IMG/VR virus record: IMGVR_UViG_3300032373_001161
Span: 1 to 43,884 of that record
Length of the DNA: 43,884 nucleotides
Source: a virus
Lineage: Duplodnaviria; Caudoviricetes
Reading direction: 5' to 3' (one strand)
The translations under genes were made by a program, and so were the position numbers. The notes below the pieces were generated by a model. That model did not search any database, was not told the origin of the DNA, and was given only the letters and a program-made list of their open reading frames with translations. Every line of letters starts with the position of its first letter. Within the stretch, counting starts at the first letter, position 1. Shown one piece after another: positions 28,756 through 38,066 of the stretch.

Positions 28756-29069
28756 CCTTTGCCACCCTGGCCTCGGAGACACTCGATGTCACGTTCGCCG
28801 AGTTCGGCGTCGACGCCCTCTACACTCCGCAGGGTGGTGTTGCTGAGACCATCCGTGTGATCGCCACACGTCCCGACGAGATCGTCGGGTTCGGCGACAC
28901 CCGGGTTCACTCGGAAACCGCCCTGTTCGAGGCTCGGGCTTCGGAGGTGTCCCAGCCTCGCCCCGGCGATCTGCTTACCGTCGATGGCGCCGACCACATG
29001 ATCCAGGGCGAGCCGGAACGGCGCGATCCCCATCGGCTGGTCTGGGTATTGGACACAAGACCGGCATGA
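28752..29069 (+). CDS. Head-tail joining protein (gpFII-like)
   Basis: PRPGDLLTVDG motif; position; ATGA overlap. Confidence 0.72.
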   Translation: MTFATLASETLDVTFAEFGVDALYTPQGGVAETIRVIATRPDEIVGFGDTRVHSETALFEARASEVSQPRPGDLLTVDGADHMIQGEPERRDPHRLVWVLDTRPA

Positions 29070-29719
29070 AACTCGCCGCAACCATTACCGGTTCCATCCT
29101 GGCGGACATGGAAACCGAGGTGCGGAGCATATCCAAGGCCGTGACGGCTGGCGTCAAGGATGCGGGCCGGGGTCTCAAGGGAGATTTGCGCAAGCAGGTG
29201 GTTGCCGCAGGGCTCGGACCACGGTTGGCCCGGACATGGCGGGAGAAGATCTACCCGCGTGGAAAACCATCCATGCGCGCCGCCACCCTGGTCTGGTCCA
29301 AGGCGCCGCAGATCATCCGCATTTTCGACGAGGGCGCGGTGATCCGAAGCAAGTCCGGCCTCTGGCTGGCCATCCCGACGCCGGCGGCGCCCAAGCGTGG
29401 CGTCGGAGGAAAACGGATCAATCCGTCCAACTTCCCGGAGCACCGCTTCGGGCCGCTGCGGTTTGTCTACAGGGCGCGAGGTCCGTCGCTTCTGGTCGTC
29501 GACAGCGTGCGCATCAACAAGTCCGGTCGGGTCGGCCGCCGCGCCAAGGGCGGCGCCTATACAAAAACAGGCCGCATGAAGCAGGGCATAGCCACCGTGG
29601 TCATGTTCATCATGGTGCCGCAGGTGAGGCTCAAGAAGCGGCTGGACGTGAAGCGAGAGGCCAAGCGCTGGGAGGGGCGTCTCCCTGGGCTGATCAATAA
29701 ACACATGAGAACGGATTAG
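29066..29719 (+). CDS. Neck/tail completion protein (DUF6441, gpZ-like)
   Basis: Basic protein, WLAIPT and VPQVRLKKRLD; position. Confidence 0.68.
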   Translation: MKLAATITGSILADMETEVRSISKAVTAGVKDAGRGLKGDLRKQVVAAGLGPRLARTWREKIYPRGKPSMRAATLVWSKAPQIIRIFDEGAVIRSKSGLWLAIPTPAAPKRGVGGKRINPSNFPEHRFGPLRFVYRARGPSLLVVDSVRINKSGRVGRRAKGGAYTKTGRMKQGIATVVMFIMVPQVRLKKRLDVKREAKRWEGRLPGLINKHMRTD

Positions 29720-29722
29720 ACA

Positions 29723-30160
29723 TTGGCGAACAGTAAATCCGAACAGGTTCTTGAGGCGATTAAGGCGCTGCTTATGCCCGTGCCCAGCGCCAAGGTCGAG
29801 CGCAATTCGGCGGTGCCCGAGAAAATCCCCGCCGGCGGCTTGATTGTGCTGCGCGACGGCGATCCGGGCGAGCCGGACACGGCCTTGGGTGGGTTTGGCG
29901 GCGTTTATTACAGCCACGACGTGGAGATCGAACTCTATGTCGAGGAGGGCGACGCCATGGTCCGTGATGCCGCCTTCGATACTTTGGTGCAGGCGGTGGG
30001 CGCCGCATTGGAAACCGATCCCACCCTCGGCGGCCTCGCCTTCGGCATGACTTACGGTCGGCCCGAGATCGACACCGAGGCCGTGACCGGCGCGCCCGCC
30101 ATTAAGACCGGCACGATCACCGTGACCGTCGAGTACGAGACCACCAGCCTTTTGGGCTGA
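29723..30160 (+). CDS. Tail terminator protein (gpU-like)
   Basis: Acidic 145-aa protein with DPTLGGL motif, directly before the tail tube gene; TTG start. Confidence 0.7.
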   Translation: MANSKSEQVLEAIKALLMPVPSAKVERNSAVPEKIPAGGLIVLRDGDPGEPDTALGGFGGVYYSHDVEIELYVEEGDAMVRDAAFDTLVQAVGAALETDPTLGGLAFGMTYGRPEIDTEAVTGAPAIKTGTITVTVEYETTSLLG

Positions 30161-30189
30161 CTATTCACTTTATATATAGGAGACACCCA

Positions 30190-31140
30190 ATGTCCCGAGC
30201 CTATGGTTCGAGCGCAACGCTGCTGCTCAAACGGGAAGCCACCTATGGCGTCCCGCCAACCGGCAATTATATCCGCATGCCCTTCAACAGTTGCGCGCTT
30301 GGCAGCGAACAGGGCCTGATCGACGATCCGGTGCTGGGCCAGGGGCGCGATCCCCTTGCCCCCTTGCAGGATGTGATCAACGACGAAGGGGACATCACGG
30401 TTCCGATGGATCCCCGTTATCTGGGGATATGGCTGACGGGGTTATTCGGCGACCCGGCCTCCACGGATAATCTGGACGGCACCTTTGATCACGTATTCGC
30501 CTCGGGCTCGGATGTGTTGCCCAGCTATTCCATCGAGGTCGGCATGGGGCAGGTCCCGGCGTTTTTCATGCACGGGGGTGTGGTGCTGAACTCCATCGCC
30601 TTGGAATTCCAGCGCTCGGGCGCGGCGGCGGCGACCGTCAACGCCGTGGCTCAGGGGGAAAGTCGCAATGCTACGTCCCAGGGCGGAACGCCGGCGACCC
30701 TGGCGTTTTCGCGCATCAGCCAGTTCCAGGGCTCCATCACCAAAGCCGGGCAGCCGGTCGGCAACCTGACCTCCGGCTCGCTTACCTATTCTAACAATCT
30801 TGAGAAGATCGAGACCATCCGATCCGATGGTTTGATCGACGGGGCCGATCCGACAGTGGCGGCGCTCACCGGGCGCATCGACGTTCGCTTCGCCGACACT
30901 ACCCTGATCGACGCTGCTGCCGGCGGCACGCCGGTGGACCTGGAGTTTGGATACACCGTCGGCACGTCCAAGGTCCTGTTCACCGCTCATGAGGTCTACC
31001 TGCCCAAGCCGAAGCTGGTTGTCGATGGCCCCGGTGGTGTGCAGGCGAGCTTTGATTTTCAAGGGGCGAAGAACGATGCCGCCGGACGGATGCTGACGGT
31101 GACCCTCATCAACGATCTGGACGGGACGGTGTACCAATGA
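30190..31140 (+). CDS. Major tail tube protein
   Basis: AGGAGA RBS; E.TYG..P N-terminus, beta-rich 316 aa; position. Confidence 0.85.
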   Translation: MSRAYGSSATLLLKREATYGVPPTGNYIRMPFNSCALGSEQGLIDDPVLGQGRDPLAPLQDVINDEGDITVPMDPRYLGIWLTGLFGDPASTDNLDGTFDHVFASGSDVLPSYSIEVGMGQVPAFFMHGGVVLNSIALEFQRSGAAAATVNAVAQGESRNATSQGGTPATLAFSRISQFQGSITKAGQPVGNLTSGSLTYSNNLEKIETIRSDGLIDGADPTVAALTGRIDVRFADTTLIDAAAGGTPVDLEFGYTVGTSKVLFTAHEVYLPKPKLVVDGPGGVQASFDFQGAKNDAAGRMLTVTLINDLDGTVYQ

Positions 31141-31646
31141 TCTCCCTAAAACCTCGGACGGAGCCTTTTGACATCGAGCTTCCCTACGGCGTCACGGTCA
31201 CGGTGAAGCCTCTGACCACGGCCGGCATGGCGGTGGCCCAAGCGGCGGCGCGGCGGACGCTCGAAGCCATCGAAACCCAGGCCCGCGAGCGCAAGGAAGC
31301 TGGCCTGCCCCTGGATGGCCTGCCGGACCTGGATATCGAGGCCGAACGGGACGGCCTGTTCCAGGACCTGTTGTCCAAGGAACTGGCGTTCCGGCATATC
31401 GTCTCCTGGTCCGGCATCGAGGACGACCCGGAGATCACGCCAGAAAACGTCGCCGCCGCCCTATCGCTCTATCCGGTGGGCGAGCAGTTCCTGCAGAAGC
31501 TGACCCTGCAGCAGGTGCTGCTCAACGCCGCAAAAAACGCATCAGGGCTCTTTGCCAATGGCACTTCAAGCCAGGCGGAGGGCCCGGATACTGCCAAGGG
31601 TGCCGGGAAGACGGCGCGGCCTGCGCCAAAGGCGGCAAAGGCCTAG
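31137..31646 (+). CDS. Tail assembly chaperone (gpG-like)
   Basis: Between tube and tape measure; IVSWSGI motif; contains slippery A AAA AAC at 31532-31538. Confidence 0.8.
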   Translation: MISLKPRTEPFDIELPYGVTVTVKPLTTAGMAVAQAAARRTLEAIETQARERKEAGLPLDGLPDLDIEAERDGLFQDLLSKELAFRHIVSWSGIEDDPEITPENVAAALSLYPVGEQFLQKLTLQQVLLNAAKNASGLFANGTSSQAEGPDTAKGAGKTARPAPKAAKA

Positions 31647-31894
31647 CCGGGAGTCCGTGCCCTTACAACGACCACGCTTTGCGGTCTCTCGAAGAACACC
31701 AGGCCTGGGACCTGCTCATGGCCTGTCTTGGGCAACTGCGCCTGGCCCCATCGGGCCATGTGCTGGGCATCGATATGACCGCCGCCCTACACATTGCCGA
31801 GGCCAGAGGTTTTGAGGCGGGCGTCGTGTCCGTGCTCTTGGGCGCGGCGGAAACGGGAATGATCGAGGCGATGCAAGAGGACAAGACGGACTGA
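31532..31894 (+). CDS. -1 frameshift extension of the tail chaperone (gpGT-like)
   Basis: The -1 frame is open from the slippery site (KKRIRALCQWHF...CQGC...C...CPY) and joins listed ORF 31679..31894. Confidence 0.78.
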   Translation, partial: KKRIRALCQWHFKPGGGPGYCQGCREDGAACAKGGKGLAGSPCPYNDHALRSLEEHQAWDLLMACLGQLRLAPSGHVLGIDMTAALHIAEARGFEAGVVSVLLGAAETGMIEAMQEDKTD

Positions 31895-31897
31895 TCC

Positions 31898-34453
31898 ATG
31901 CCCAAAACCCAGAACACATATGCGATCCGCCTCACCGTAGACGGCGGCGGCAAGGTCAAGGCCGAATTGATGGACGTGGGCCGGACCGGCGACAAGTCCC
32001 TCAAGAAAATCGAAACGGCCAGCGGCAAGGCGTCGCGTGGGCTTTCCACTCTGGCCGGGCGGGCCAAGACGCTCAAGAGCGGCATCGGGATATTAAGCGG
32101 CGTGCTTGCCGGTGTCGCCTTGGCCGGGTTCACCCGGTCCCTCGTCATGCAGGCCGATGCCTACAAGGTCCTACAGACCCGGATCAAGACGGCGACCAAG
32201 GCCACCGGCGATTACGAGGCGGTCTCGCGGGCGCTGATGGCGTTGTCCAACGCCAACGGGGCTGCGCTCGAAAGCACCGTTGGGCTGTTTCAGAGCTTGG
32301 CGCGCTCGGCGCCGGAGCTTGGGGCCACCAACAAGCAGATCCTCGACCTCGTCGATGTGGTGCAAAAATTGGGCGTCATCGGCGGCGCCAGCACGTCCGC
32401 CATGAAGGCGGGGCTGTTGCAGTTCTCACAAGGGCTATCCGCCGGCGTGTTCCGGGCCGAGGAATTCAACAGCCTTCTGGAGAACATCCCCGAGGTGGCG
32501 GTCCGCATCGCCAAGGGGATGGGCGTGACGGTCGGTCAGCTTCGCCAGATGGTGCTGCAGGGTCGTGTGTTGTCGAATGATGTGTTCGAGGCCCTGGTCA
32601 AGCAGGCGCCGGAGATCGCCCGGGAGTTTGCCGACATCCCGCTTTCCATCGATCGGGCCACGGTCCAGTTGGACAATGCGTTTTCGGAACTGCTGGGAAC
32701 CCTGGACAGGGTCACCGGTACGAGTTCCATCGTTGCCGAGACCTTGAGCGGCGTCGCCTGGTCCATCCGGGCGGCATCGGACGGCATGAACATTCTCTAC
32801 GACGTCCTGACCGACAAGCGTCCCATTGACCAGAACATCAACACTCTCAAATGGGGCATCGAGGGCCTGAGCGAGGCCATCGCCGACCTAAACAGGCAGA
32901 TCGCCGAGAACGACGTCGGTTTTCTGGATGGTTTGTTCGGATCGGATATTGACGACCTGAAAGCCCGTCGCGCCGAGTTCGAGAAGATATTGAAGGAGCT
33001 GCAAGCCGCCCTGGACCAGAAATCCCGGATGGGCAAGGCGGAGAACACTGCGCCCAATGCCGGGATCGACATCAAGGCCGCCGAGGCTCGCGCCAAGAAT
33101 ATCGCCCGGATCGAGGCCAAGCTGCAGCAGCAGTTGTTCGCCCTGACTTACGAAGGCGCCGCCAAGATCCGCGCCGAATACGAACGGCTGGGCAAAGACA
33201 TAACGGCGTTATTGGCCCCGGACGGGAGCAACCGGTCCCAGGTGGATGCCTTGATGACCAAGGCGGCGGCCATCCGCGACGCCAAGCTGGCGCAATTGGC
33301 GGCCAAGGAACAGGAAGCGGCTAATCGGATCACGGAAGCCAACCGGAAGATCATCGAAGGGCTGCGGGCCGAGCATGACGCGCTGGCCATGACCGATCGC
33401 GCCAGGTTCGTCTCCCAGGCCCTGCGGCAGTTATCCGCCGAGGCGACCGATGCCGAGCGGGGCCAGGTGCGCGAACTGGCCGGCGCCCTGTTCGACGAGC
33501 AACAGGTCATCCTGGCCCGCAACAAGGCGGAACAGGAAGCCGCCAAGCTCAAGGAGAAGGGCCGCGCCCTCACGGAAAGTCTGCGGACGGCGGAGGAAGC
33601 CTACAAGGCAGAGATCGCGGACCTGAACCGGCTCCTGAACGAGGGGGCGATTGCCCAGGAGACCTTCGCTCGGGCCTCGGAAGAGGCCTATGACCGCATG
33701 CTGCGGGCCAGCCGGGACTGGTCGGCGGGCGTCATTCGGGCCTTGCGCGATTACGCCGACGAGGCGTCCAACGCCGCCAAGCAGTTTGAACAGGTCACGA
33801 CCCGGTCGTTGAAAGCCGGCGAGGATGCTTTCGTCCAGTGGGCGACGACCGGCAAGGTCAGCGCCACCGATCTGTTCAACACCATCGCCGAGGAGGCGCT
33901 TCGGGCCGCATACCGCATGGCGGTGATCAAACCGTTCAGCGGTTTCCTGGAGAACGTGTTCGGGGCCATTGGAAGCAGTCTGTTCAGCGGCGGCGGGGCT
34001 ATTCAAGACGCTGGCGGCGGGCCGGTCCAGATTGCCCATAGCGGTGGCGTTATCGGGATAGACCCTCTTGCCGCCCGTTTCGTCGATCCGGTGGTGTTCG
34101 ATTCCGCGCCACGGTTTCACTCCGGCGGTGTCGTCGGAAACGAAGTTCCCATCATCGCCAAGCGCGGCGAGACAGTGTTCACGCCGGGCCAAATGCGAGT
34201 GCTGGGCGCGGGCCTCGTTGGCGCAAGAATGGGGCAAAAACCGGAGGTCAAGGTTGTCGTCAACGTGGACAACCGGGCACCGGGAACGGAAGCCAAGGTT
34301 CAAACACGCCGGGACGGTAACGGCAACCTCGGTCTGGACATCGTGGTCGAGAAGGTCGAGGGACGGCTTTCGCGCAACATCGGGCGTGGTGAAGGCCTGG
34401 CCCCGACCCTGGAGCGCCGATATGGGCTCAACCCGGCGGCGGGGAGTTATTGA
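31898..34453 (+). CDS. Tail tape measure protein
   Basis: Tape-measure domain QFSQGLSAGVFRAEEFNSLLEN, long Ala-rich helical region, lambda-type C-terminus (DW..G...AL.DY; FHSGG..EVPIIAKRGE). Confidence 0.93.
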   Translation: MPKTQNTYAIRLTVDGGGKVKAELMDVGRTGDKSLKKIETASGKASRGLSTLAGRAKTLKSGIGILSGVLAGVALAGFTRSLVMQADAYKVLQTRIKTATKATGDYEAVSRALMALSNANGAALESTVGLFQSLARSAPELGATNKQILDLVDVVQKLGVIGGASTSAMKAGLLQFSQGLSAGVFRAEEFNSLLENIPEVAVRIAKGMGVTVGQLRQMVLQGRVLSNDVFEALVKQAPEIAREFADIPLSIDRATVQLDNAFSELLGTLDRVTGTSSIVAETLSGVAWSIRAASDGMNILYDVLTDKRPIDQNINTLKWGIEGLSEAIADLNRQIAENDVGFLDGLFGSDIDDLKARRAEFEKILKELQAALDQKSRMGKAENTAPNAGIDIKAAEARAKNIARIEAKLQQQLFALTYEGAAKIRAEYERLGKDITALLAPDGSNRSQVDALMTKAAAIRDAKLAQLAAKEQEAANRITEANRKIIEGLRAEHDALAMTDRARFVSQALRQLSAEATDAERGQVRELAGALFDEQQVILARNKAEQEAAKLKEKGRALTESLRTAEEAYKAEIADLNRLLNEGAIAQETFARASEEAYDRMLRASRDWSAGVIRALRDYADEASNAAKQFEQVTTRSLKAGEDAFVQWATTGKVSATDLFNTIAEEALRAAYRMAVIKPFSGFLENVFGAIGSSLFSGGGAIQDAGGGPVQIAHSGGVIGIDPLAARFVDPVVFDSAPRFHSGGVVGNEVPIIAKRGETVFTPGQMRVLGAGLVGARMGQKPEVKVVVNVDNRAPGTEAKVQTRRDGNGNLGLDIVVEKVEGRLSRNIGRGEGLAPTLERRYGLNPAAGSY

Positions 34454-34932
34454 TGGTTGTTTCCTGGCCGGTGACTTTGCCGCTGCCCACTATCGACGGC
34501 TACGGCGTCCATCCCGGCGAGGCGATTCTTCGCACAGAGATGGAGGCCGGTCCCGCCCGCCAGCGCCGCCGTTATACCCAGGTGCCGAGCCGGATATCGG
34601 TTCGCTGGATCCTGCGAAGGGATCAGTTTGCTCTGTTCGAGTCCTGGTATCGCTGGCACGCCAAGGAAGGCGGCGAATGGTTTGAGATCGAGCTTTTGGG
34701 CGGTATCGGGATGTCAATCCACGAGGCCCGGTTCACCCGTCCCTTCGATGCCCAGCCCCGGTCAGGGATCCTGTGGGAGGTCACCAGTGAACTGGAAATC
34801 CGTGAGCGGCCCGTTTTGACCGAGGATGCTTTGGCGATCGCGCTCGACAGCGATCTGGCCGACTTGTTTGCCACCGTTGATCGGCTGCATGGGCTGGTGA
34901 ACGTGACGTTGTTCGGCCCCTATTCCTGGTAG
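34453..34932 (+). CDS. Distal tail protein (gpM/Dit-like)
   Basis: WP.TLP.P, RTEMEAGPARQRRRYT, FESWY...GGEWF; follows the tape measure. Confidence 0.75.
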   Translation: MVVSWPVTLPLPTIDGYGVHPGEAILRTEMEAGPARQRRRYTQVPSRISVRWILRRDQFALFESWYRWHAKEGGEWFEIELLGGIGMSIHEARFTRPFDAQPRSGILWEVTSELEIRERPVLTEDALAIALDSDLADLFATVDRLHGLVNVTLFGPYSW

Positions 34933-34944
34933 GAGGAACTTTAT

Positions 34945-36150
34945 ATGACAATGCAGACCGACCTGCAGGCGGCCGTCGACAAGGCCACGGCTGCGAGCGC
35001 CAAGCTGCATGACGTCGTTCATGGCGATGCCGTTTCCACCGTTGCAACCGAGTCCGGACCGGTCAAGACGGTGGCCAAGGCGGTCGCCGACATCGAGGCC
35101 GATATCGATGCCAGCCGCACTGAACTCGACCAAAAGGTTACAGACGCTGCGGCCAGCGCCACCGCTGCGGAAACCGCGCGCACCGCATCGGAGATCGCCG
35201 AGGCAGCATCGAATACAGCCCGACTGGGTGCTGAAGCAGCGGAAACCGGAGCCGTTACCTCGGAGTCGAATGCCGATACCGCAAGGATCGCCGCCGAAAT
35301 AGCCCGCGATGCGGCGAACGTAAGTGCTGGTCAGGCCGCGACAAGCCAATCTGCGAGCGCCGTCTCGGAATCGGGTGCTGCCGCCAGTGCGGCCGCTGCC
35401 GCGACTTCCGAGACCAATGCCGGTGCGAGTGCCGGCGTCGCGACGACGAAAGCCACGGAAGCTTCGGCCAGCGCCGATGCCGCCGCCATTTCCGCGTCGG
35501 CGTCCGCCACCAGCGCCTCAGAGGCGAGCGGTGCCGCGGCATCCTTGAACCTTCCTACCGCTACGGGACAGGCTGGTCTGTATCTCCGCCAAAAGCAGGA
35601 CGAGACGGGTCTCGAATATGCCGAGGTCGACCTCGCTAGCCGTGTTTTGAAGAGCGGAGACACCATGTCCGGTGACCTGGCTCTGCCGAACCTGGTAGCG
35701 ACCGGCAGTGTTCGCTCGGGTGCCGTTGGCGATGATGGACGAGGCACCGGGTTTCAGATTGCCGACGGCACGGATATCGGCGAGCTCAACCGGGTCAGCC
35801 AATACTACGACGACCTTGTCGATAACTGCGCCGGCTATCTTCCGGGCGGGAACTGCAACAGCGACCCGCAGTGGACGCCGCCCAACGGGGATTGGTGGAC
35901 CTGGGGGTTGGGGTTTTCGCCCGGTAACCCCAGCGGTTTCGACTTCGCGGGCGGCCAGACGATCGGATACCAGCCGGTCTCGGTCGGCTTCGTGTTCGGC
36001 TCCTACAATCTTGCCGCCGACGAGATCGGAGGCGGGGAATATCGGCGAGATTACAACAACTGCAATTGCGGCAGCTTCAACTGCTACTCCAACTGCAATT
36101 GCAACTGCAACTGCGCGTGCGATTGCAACTGCGATTGCGGCGATGCCTGA
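34945..36150 (+). CDS. Tail-fibre-like protein with Ala/Ser/Thr stalk and Cys-rich C-terminus
   Basis: AGGAGG RBS; long AAASA..SETNA stalk like lambda Stf; fibre motif VLKSGDTMSGDL; ends NNCNCGSFNCYSNCNCNCNCACDCNCDCGDA. Confidence 0.8.
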   Translation: MTMQTDLQAAVDKATAASAKLHDVVHGDAVSTVATESGPVKTVAKAVADIEADIDASRTELDQKVTDAAASATAAETARTASEIAEAASNTARLGAEAAETGAVTSESNADTARIAAEIARDAANVSAGQAATSQSASAVSESGAAASAAAAATSETNAGASAGVATTKATEASASADAAAISASASATSASEASGAAASLNLPTATGQAGLYLRQKQDETGLEYAEVDLASRVLKSGDTMSGDLALPNLVATGSVRSGAVGDDGRGTGFQIADGTDIGELNRVSQYYDDLVDNCAGYLPGGNCNSDPQWTPPNGDWWTWGLGFSPGNPSGFDFAGGQTIGYQPVSVGFVFGSYNLAADEIGGGEYRRDYNNCNCGSFNCYSNCNCNCNCACDCNCDCGDA

Positions 36151-36159
36151 GGTGCGATC

Positions 36160-37047
36160 ATGATCCAGCCATTTACGCGACACTTCTTCGCGCTGTCGGT
36201 GCCGGTCCTCGTTCAGGTCATGAAGGCCCCGCGCAAGGTGACGCTCAGGACGTTTCGGGAAGCGGAGGGCGTCACGGCCAAGGAAAGCGGCAGTCGGGTC
36301 CTCAAGGGAGCCGGCGTGGCCGCTCGGCTGGTCGCTCAGTCAAGAGGCCGGGAGCAGGATTGGCGTGGACGGTTGATCGCCGGGCATCTGCTGCACGAAC
36401 GCTTCGACGGTCGTGCCTTCGAGTTTCTCGGTTCTTCGGTGCTCGACCTGGACGGCGCGCTCGGGCGTTCGGAATGGACCGATTACGGCAACTGGGTTTT
36501 TCCGTTGGATCGGGAGGGAACCCCAGGAACGCCGTTCAACCGATACATCGACAGCAAGGCATCACGTGTCCGCACACCCCGTCTGCTCGCCCTCAAGAAG
36601 ATCAACTGCGCGCTGCAGGTCTACGTACCCTTCGCCGCCGGCGATTTCGATGGCTGCAGCTTTAGCCTGACGCTCAATCCCGACTATGGCCTGATCGGCA
36701 ATCTCGATCCGGGCACGGAGACGACCTACGAGGAAGTGCTGAAGGGAGCGGGACAAGCGTTTCCGAAGCTCGGGCTTACAGGGCCGGACAACATACCAGC
36801 CGACGGCACCGTCTCTCTCACACTCGCCGTAACCGACTGGGCCGGGAACCCTGTCGCCGACGCAGCGCCGGAAGTGTTCCTGGAGAGCATTGGCGGGTAT
36901 CTGCCGCTGCAGCGAGCCGTTCCCACTGGTGGCGCAGCAGAGATCCGTGTCATGGCGCTCGGTCTTGTCGCCGGCGAAAGCATCCGCGTCAAGGCCGGTT
37001 TCCGCCATGTCTCTGGTCTCGCCGAGCACACCCTTGCTGTAATCTGA
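36160..37047 (+). CDS. Hypothetical protein with probable C-terminal Ig-like beta-sandwich
   Basis: GAGGTG RBS; C-terminal IPADGTVSLTLAVTDWAGNPV resembles bacterial Ig (Big_1-type) repeats; TGATG coupling to the first radical SAM gene. Confidence 0.65.
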   Translation: MIQPFTRHFFALSVPVLVQVMKAPRKVTLRTFREAEGVTAKESGSRVLKGAGVAARLVAQSRGREQDWRGRLIAGHLLHERFDGRAFEFLGSSVLDLDGALGRSEWTDYGNWVFPLDREGTPGTPFNRYIDSKASRVRTPRLLALKKINCALQVYVPFAAGDFDGCSFSLTLNPDYGLIGNLDPGTETTYEEVLKGAGQAFPKLGLTGPDNIPADGTVSLTLAVTDWAGNPVADAAPEVFLESIGGYLPLQRAVPTGGAAEIRVMALGLVAGESIRVKAGFRHVSGLAEHTLAVI

Positions 37048-38063
37048 TGCTGAATATTCATTTGGGCCATGCCTGCAACTTTCGTTGCGGCTATTGCCTG
37101 CAGACCACCCATGCCGACGGGGCGAGCGGCCGCCAGGCAGTCGATCCGTTCATCGAGCGTGTCGTTCCCTATGTCCAGGCGCAGGGCATCAGGGAGGTCG
37201 CCTATTGGGGCGGGGAGCCGCTGCTCTATTGGCGCCGTATCGAAGCCATCCATGAAGCCTTTCTCGATGCCGGGATCACGTTCGACTTCGTCAAGTTCGT
37301 CACTAACGGATCCTTGTTGACGGAGACGCATGTGGAACGCCTCAACGCGTGGGGCGCATTCGTCGTCGTTAGCCGCCATAACGGAGCGGGAGAGCCGCGC
37401 TGGGACCAGGTCGCGCACCTCAAACGCTCCAGTGTCTCGTTTCTGTTCCACCACGGCTCGCTCGTCGCCTGGCCCTGGTTCGAAGAACTGAAGGCGCTCG
37501 AGGATCGCTTCGGACGCCCATTCTGGCCCTATGCGCATTGGGTGCGGGCGACCGATGGGTGTGACCCGAGTTACTACCTGACCCATGACGACATCGATCG
37601 CCATGTTCCGCATCTCTGGGATCTCGCCAGGACGAGTTTGAATGGGCACCGACATGCCACGAGGGTATTCGCCGGTCACCTCAGGGACTGGCGAGCCACC
37701 CTGAACCAGGATGCGAGCGCACCGCCGCTTTGCCACAACGATCGACATCTGTCGGTCGATCTCGCGGGCGACCGGTACACCTGCCACCACAATGTCCGGC
37801 CCTTCGCATGCACGGGCGAGCTGTTCTCCGGCAGCGGGCCCAGAAACGAAGACGAGGAGAAGGCGCTGGCGCTGTCCCGGCGATGGATTGACAGCGCCAA
37901 CTGCCGCTCCTGCCCGATCCGGACCTGGTGCAGGGGCAATTGCCATCTCTCGAATACCCATGACGTCGACTGCCGGCTATCGAAAGAAAAGCACCGGGTG
38001 CTCGCCTGGCTCGATGCCCAGGAGCATGGCGCCAATGCACGCAATCTGATCGAGGTTTCCTGA
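37047..38063 (+). CDS. Radical SAM enzyme with SPASM domain (no N-terminal extension)
   Basis: CNFRCGYC, WGGEPLL, VTNGSLL; SPASM Cys pattern LC..DLAGDRYTC..CRSCPIRTWCRGNC..C. Confidence 0.93.
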   Translation: MLNIHLGHACNFRCGYCLQTTHADGASGRQAVDPFIERVVPYVQAQGIREVAYWGGEPLLYWRRIEAIHEAFLDAGITFDFVKFVTNGSLLTETHVERLNAWGAFVVVSRHNGAGEPRWDQVAHLKRSSVSFLFHHGSLVAWPWFEELKALEDRFGRPFWPYAHWVRATDGCDPSYYLTHDDIDRHVPHLWDLARTSLNGHRHATRVFAGHLRDWRATLNQDASAPPLCHNDRHLSVDLAGDRYTCHHNVRPFACTGELFSGSGPRNEDEEKALALSRRWIDSANCRSCPIRTWCRGNCHLSNTHDVDCRLSKEKHRVLAWLDAQEHGANARNLIEVS

Positions 38064-38066
38064 CAC

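Noticed and set aside
35140-35545. Ala/Ser/Thr-rich quasi-repeats in the fibre gene
   Set aside because: Ordinary coiled stalk of Stf-like fibres; not a separate repeat element.
36055-36150. Cys repeat as a slippage microsatellite or DGR variable region
   Set aside because: Synonymous and conservative codon variation argues for protein-level selection; no reverse transcriptase or second template copy is seen in the window.
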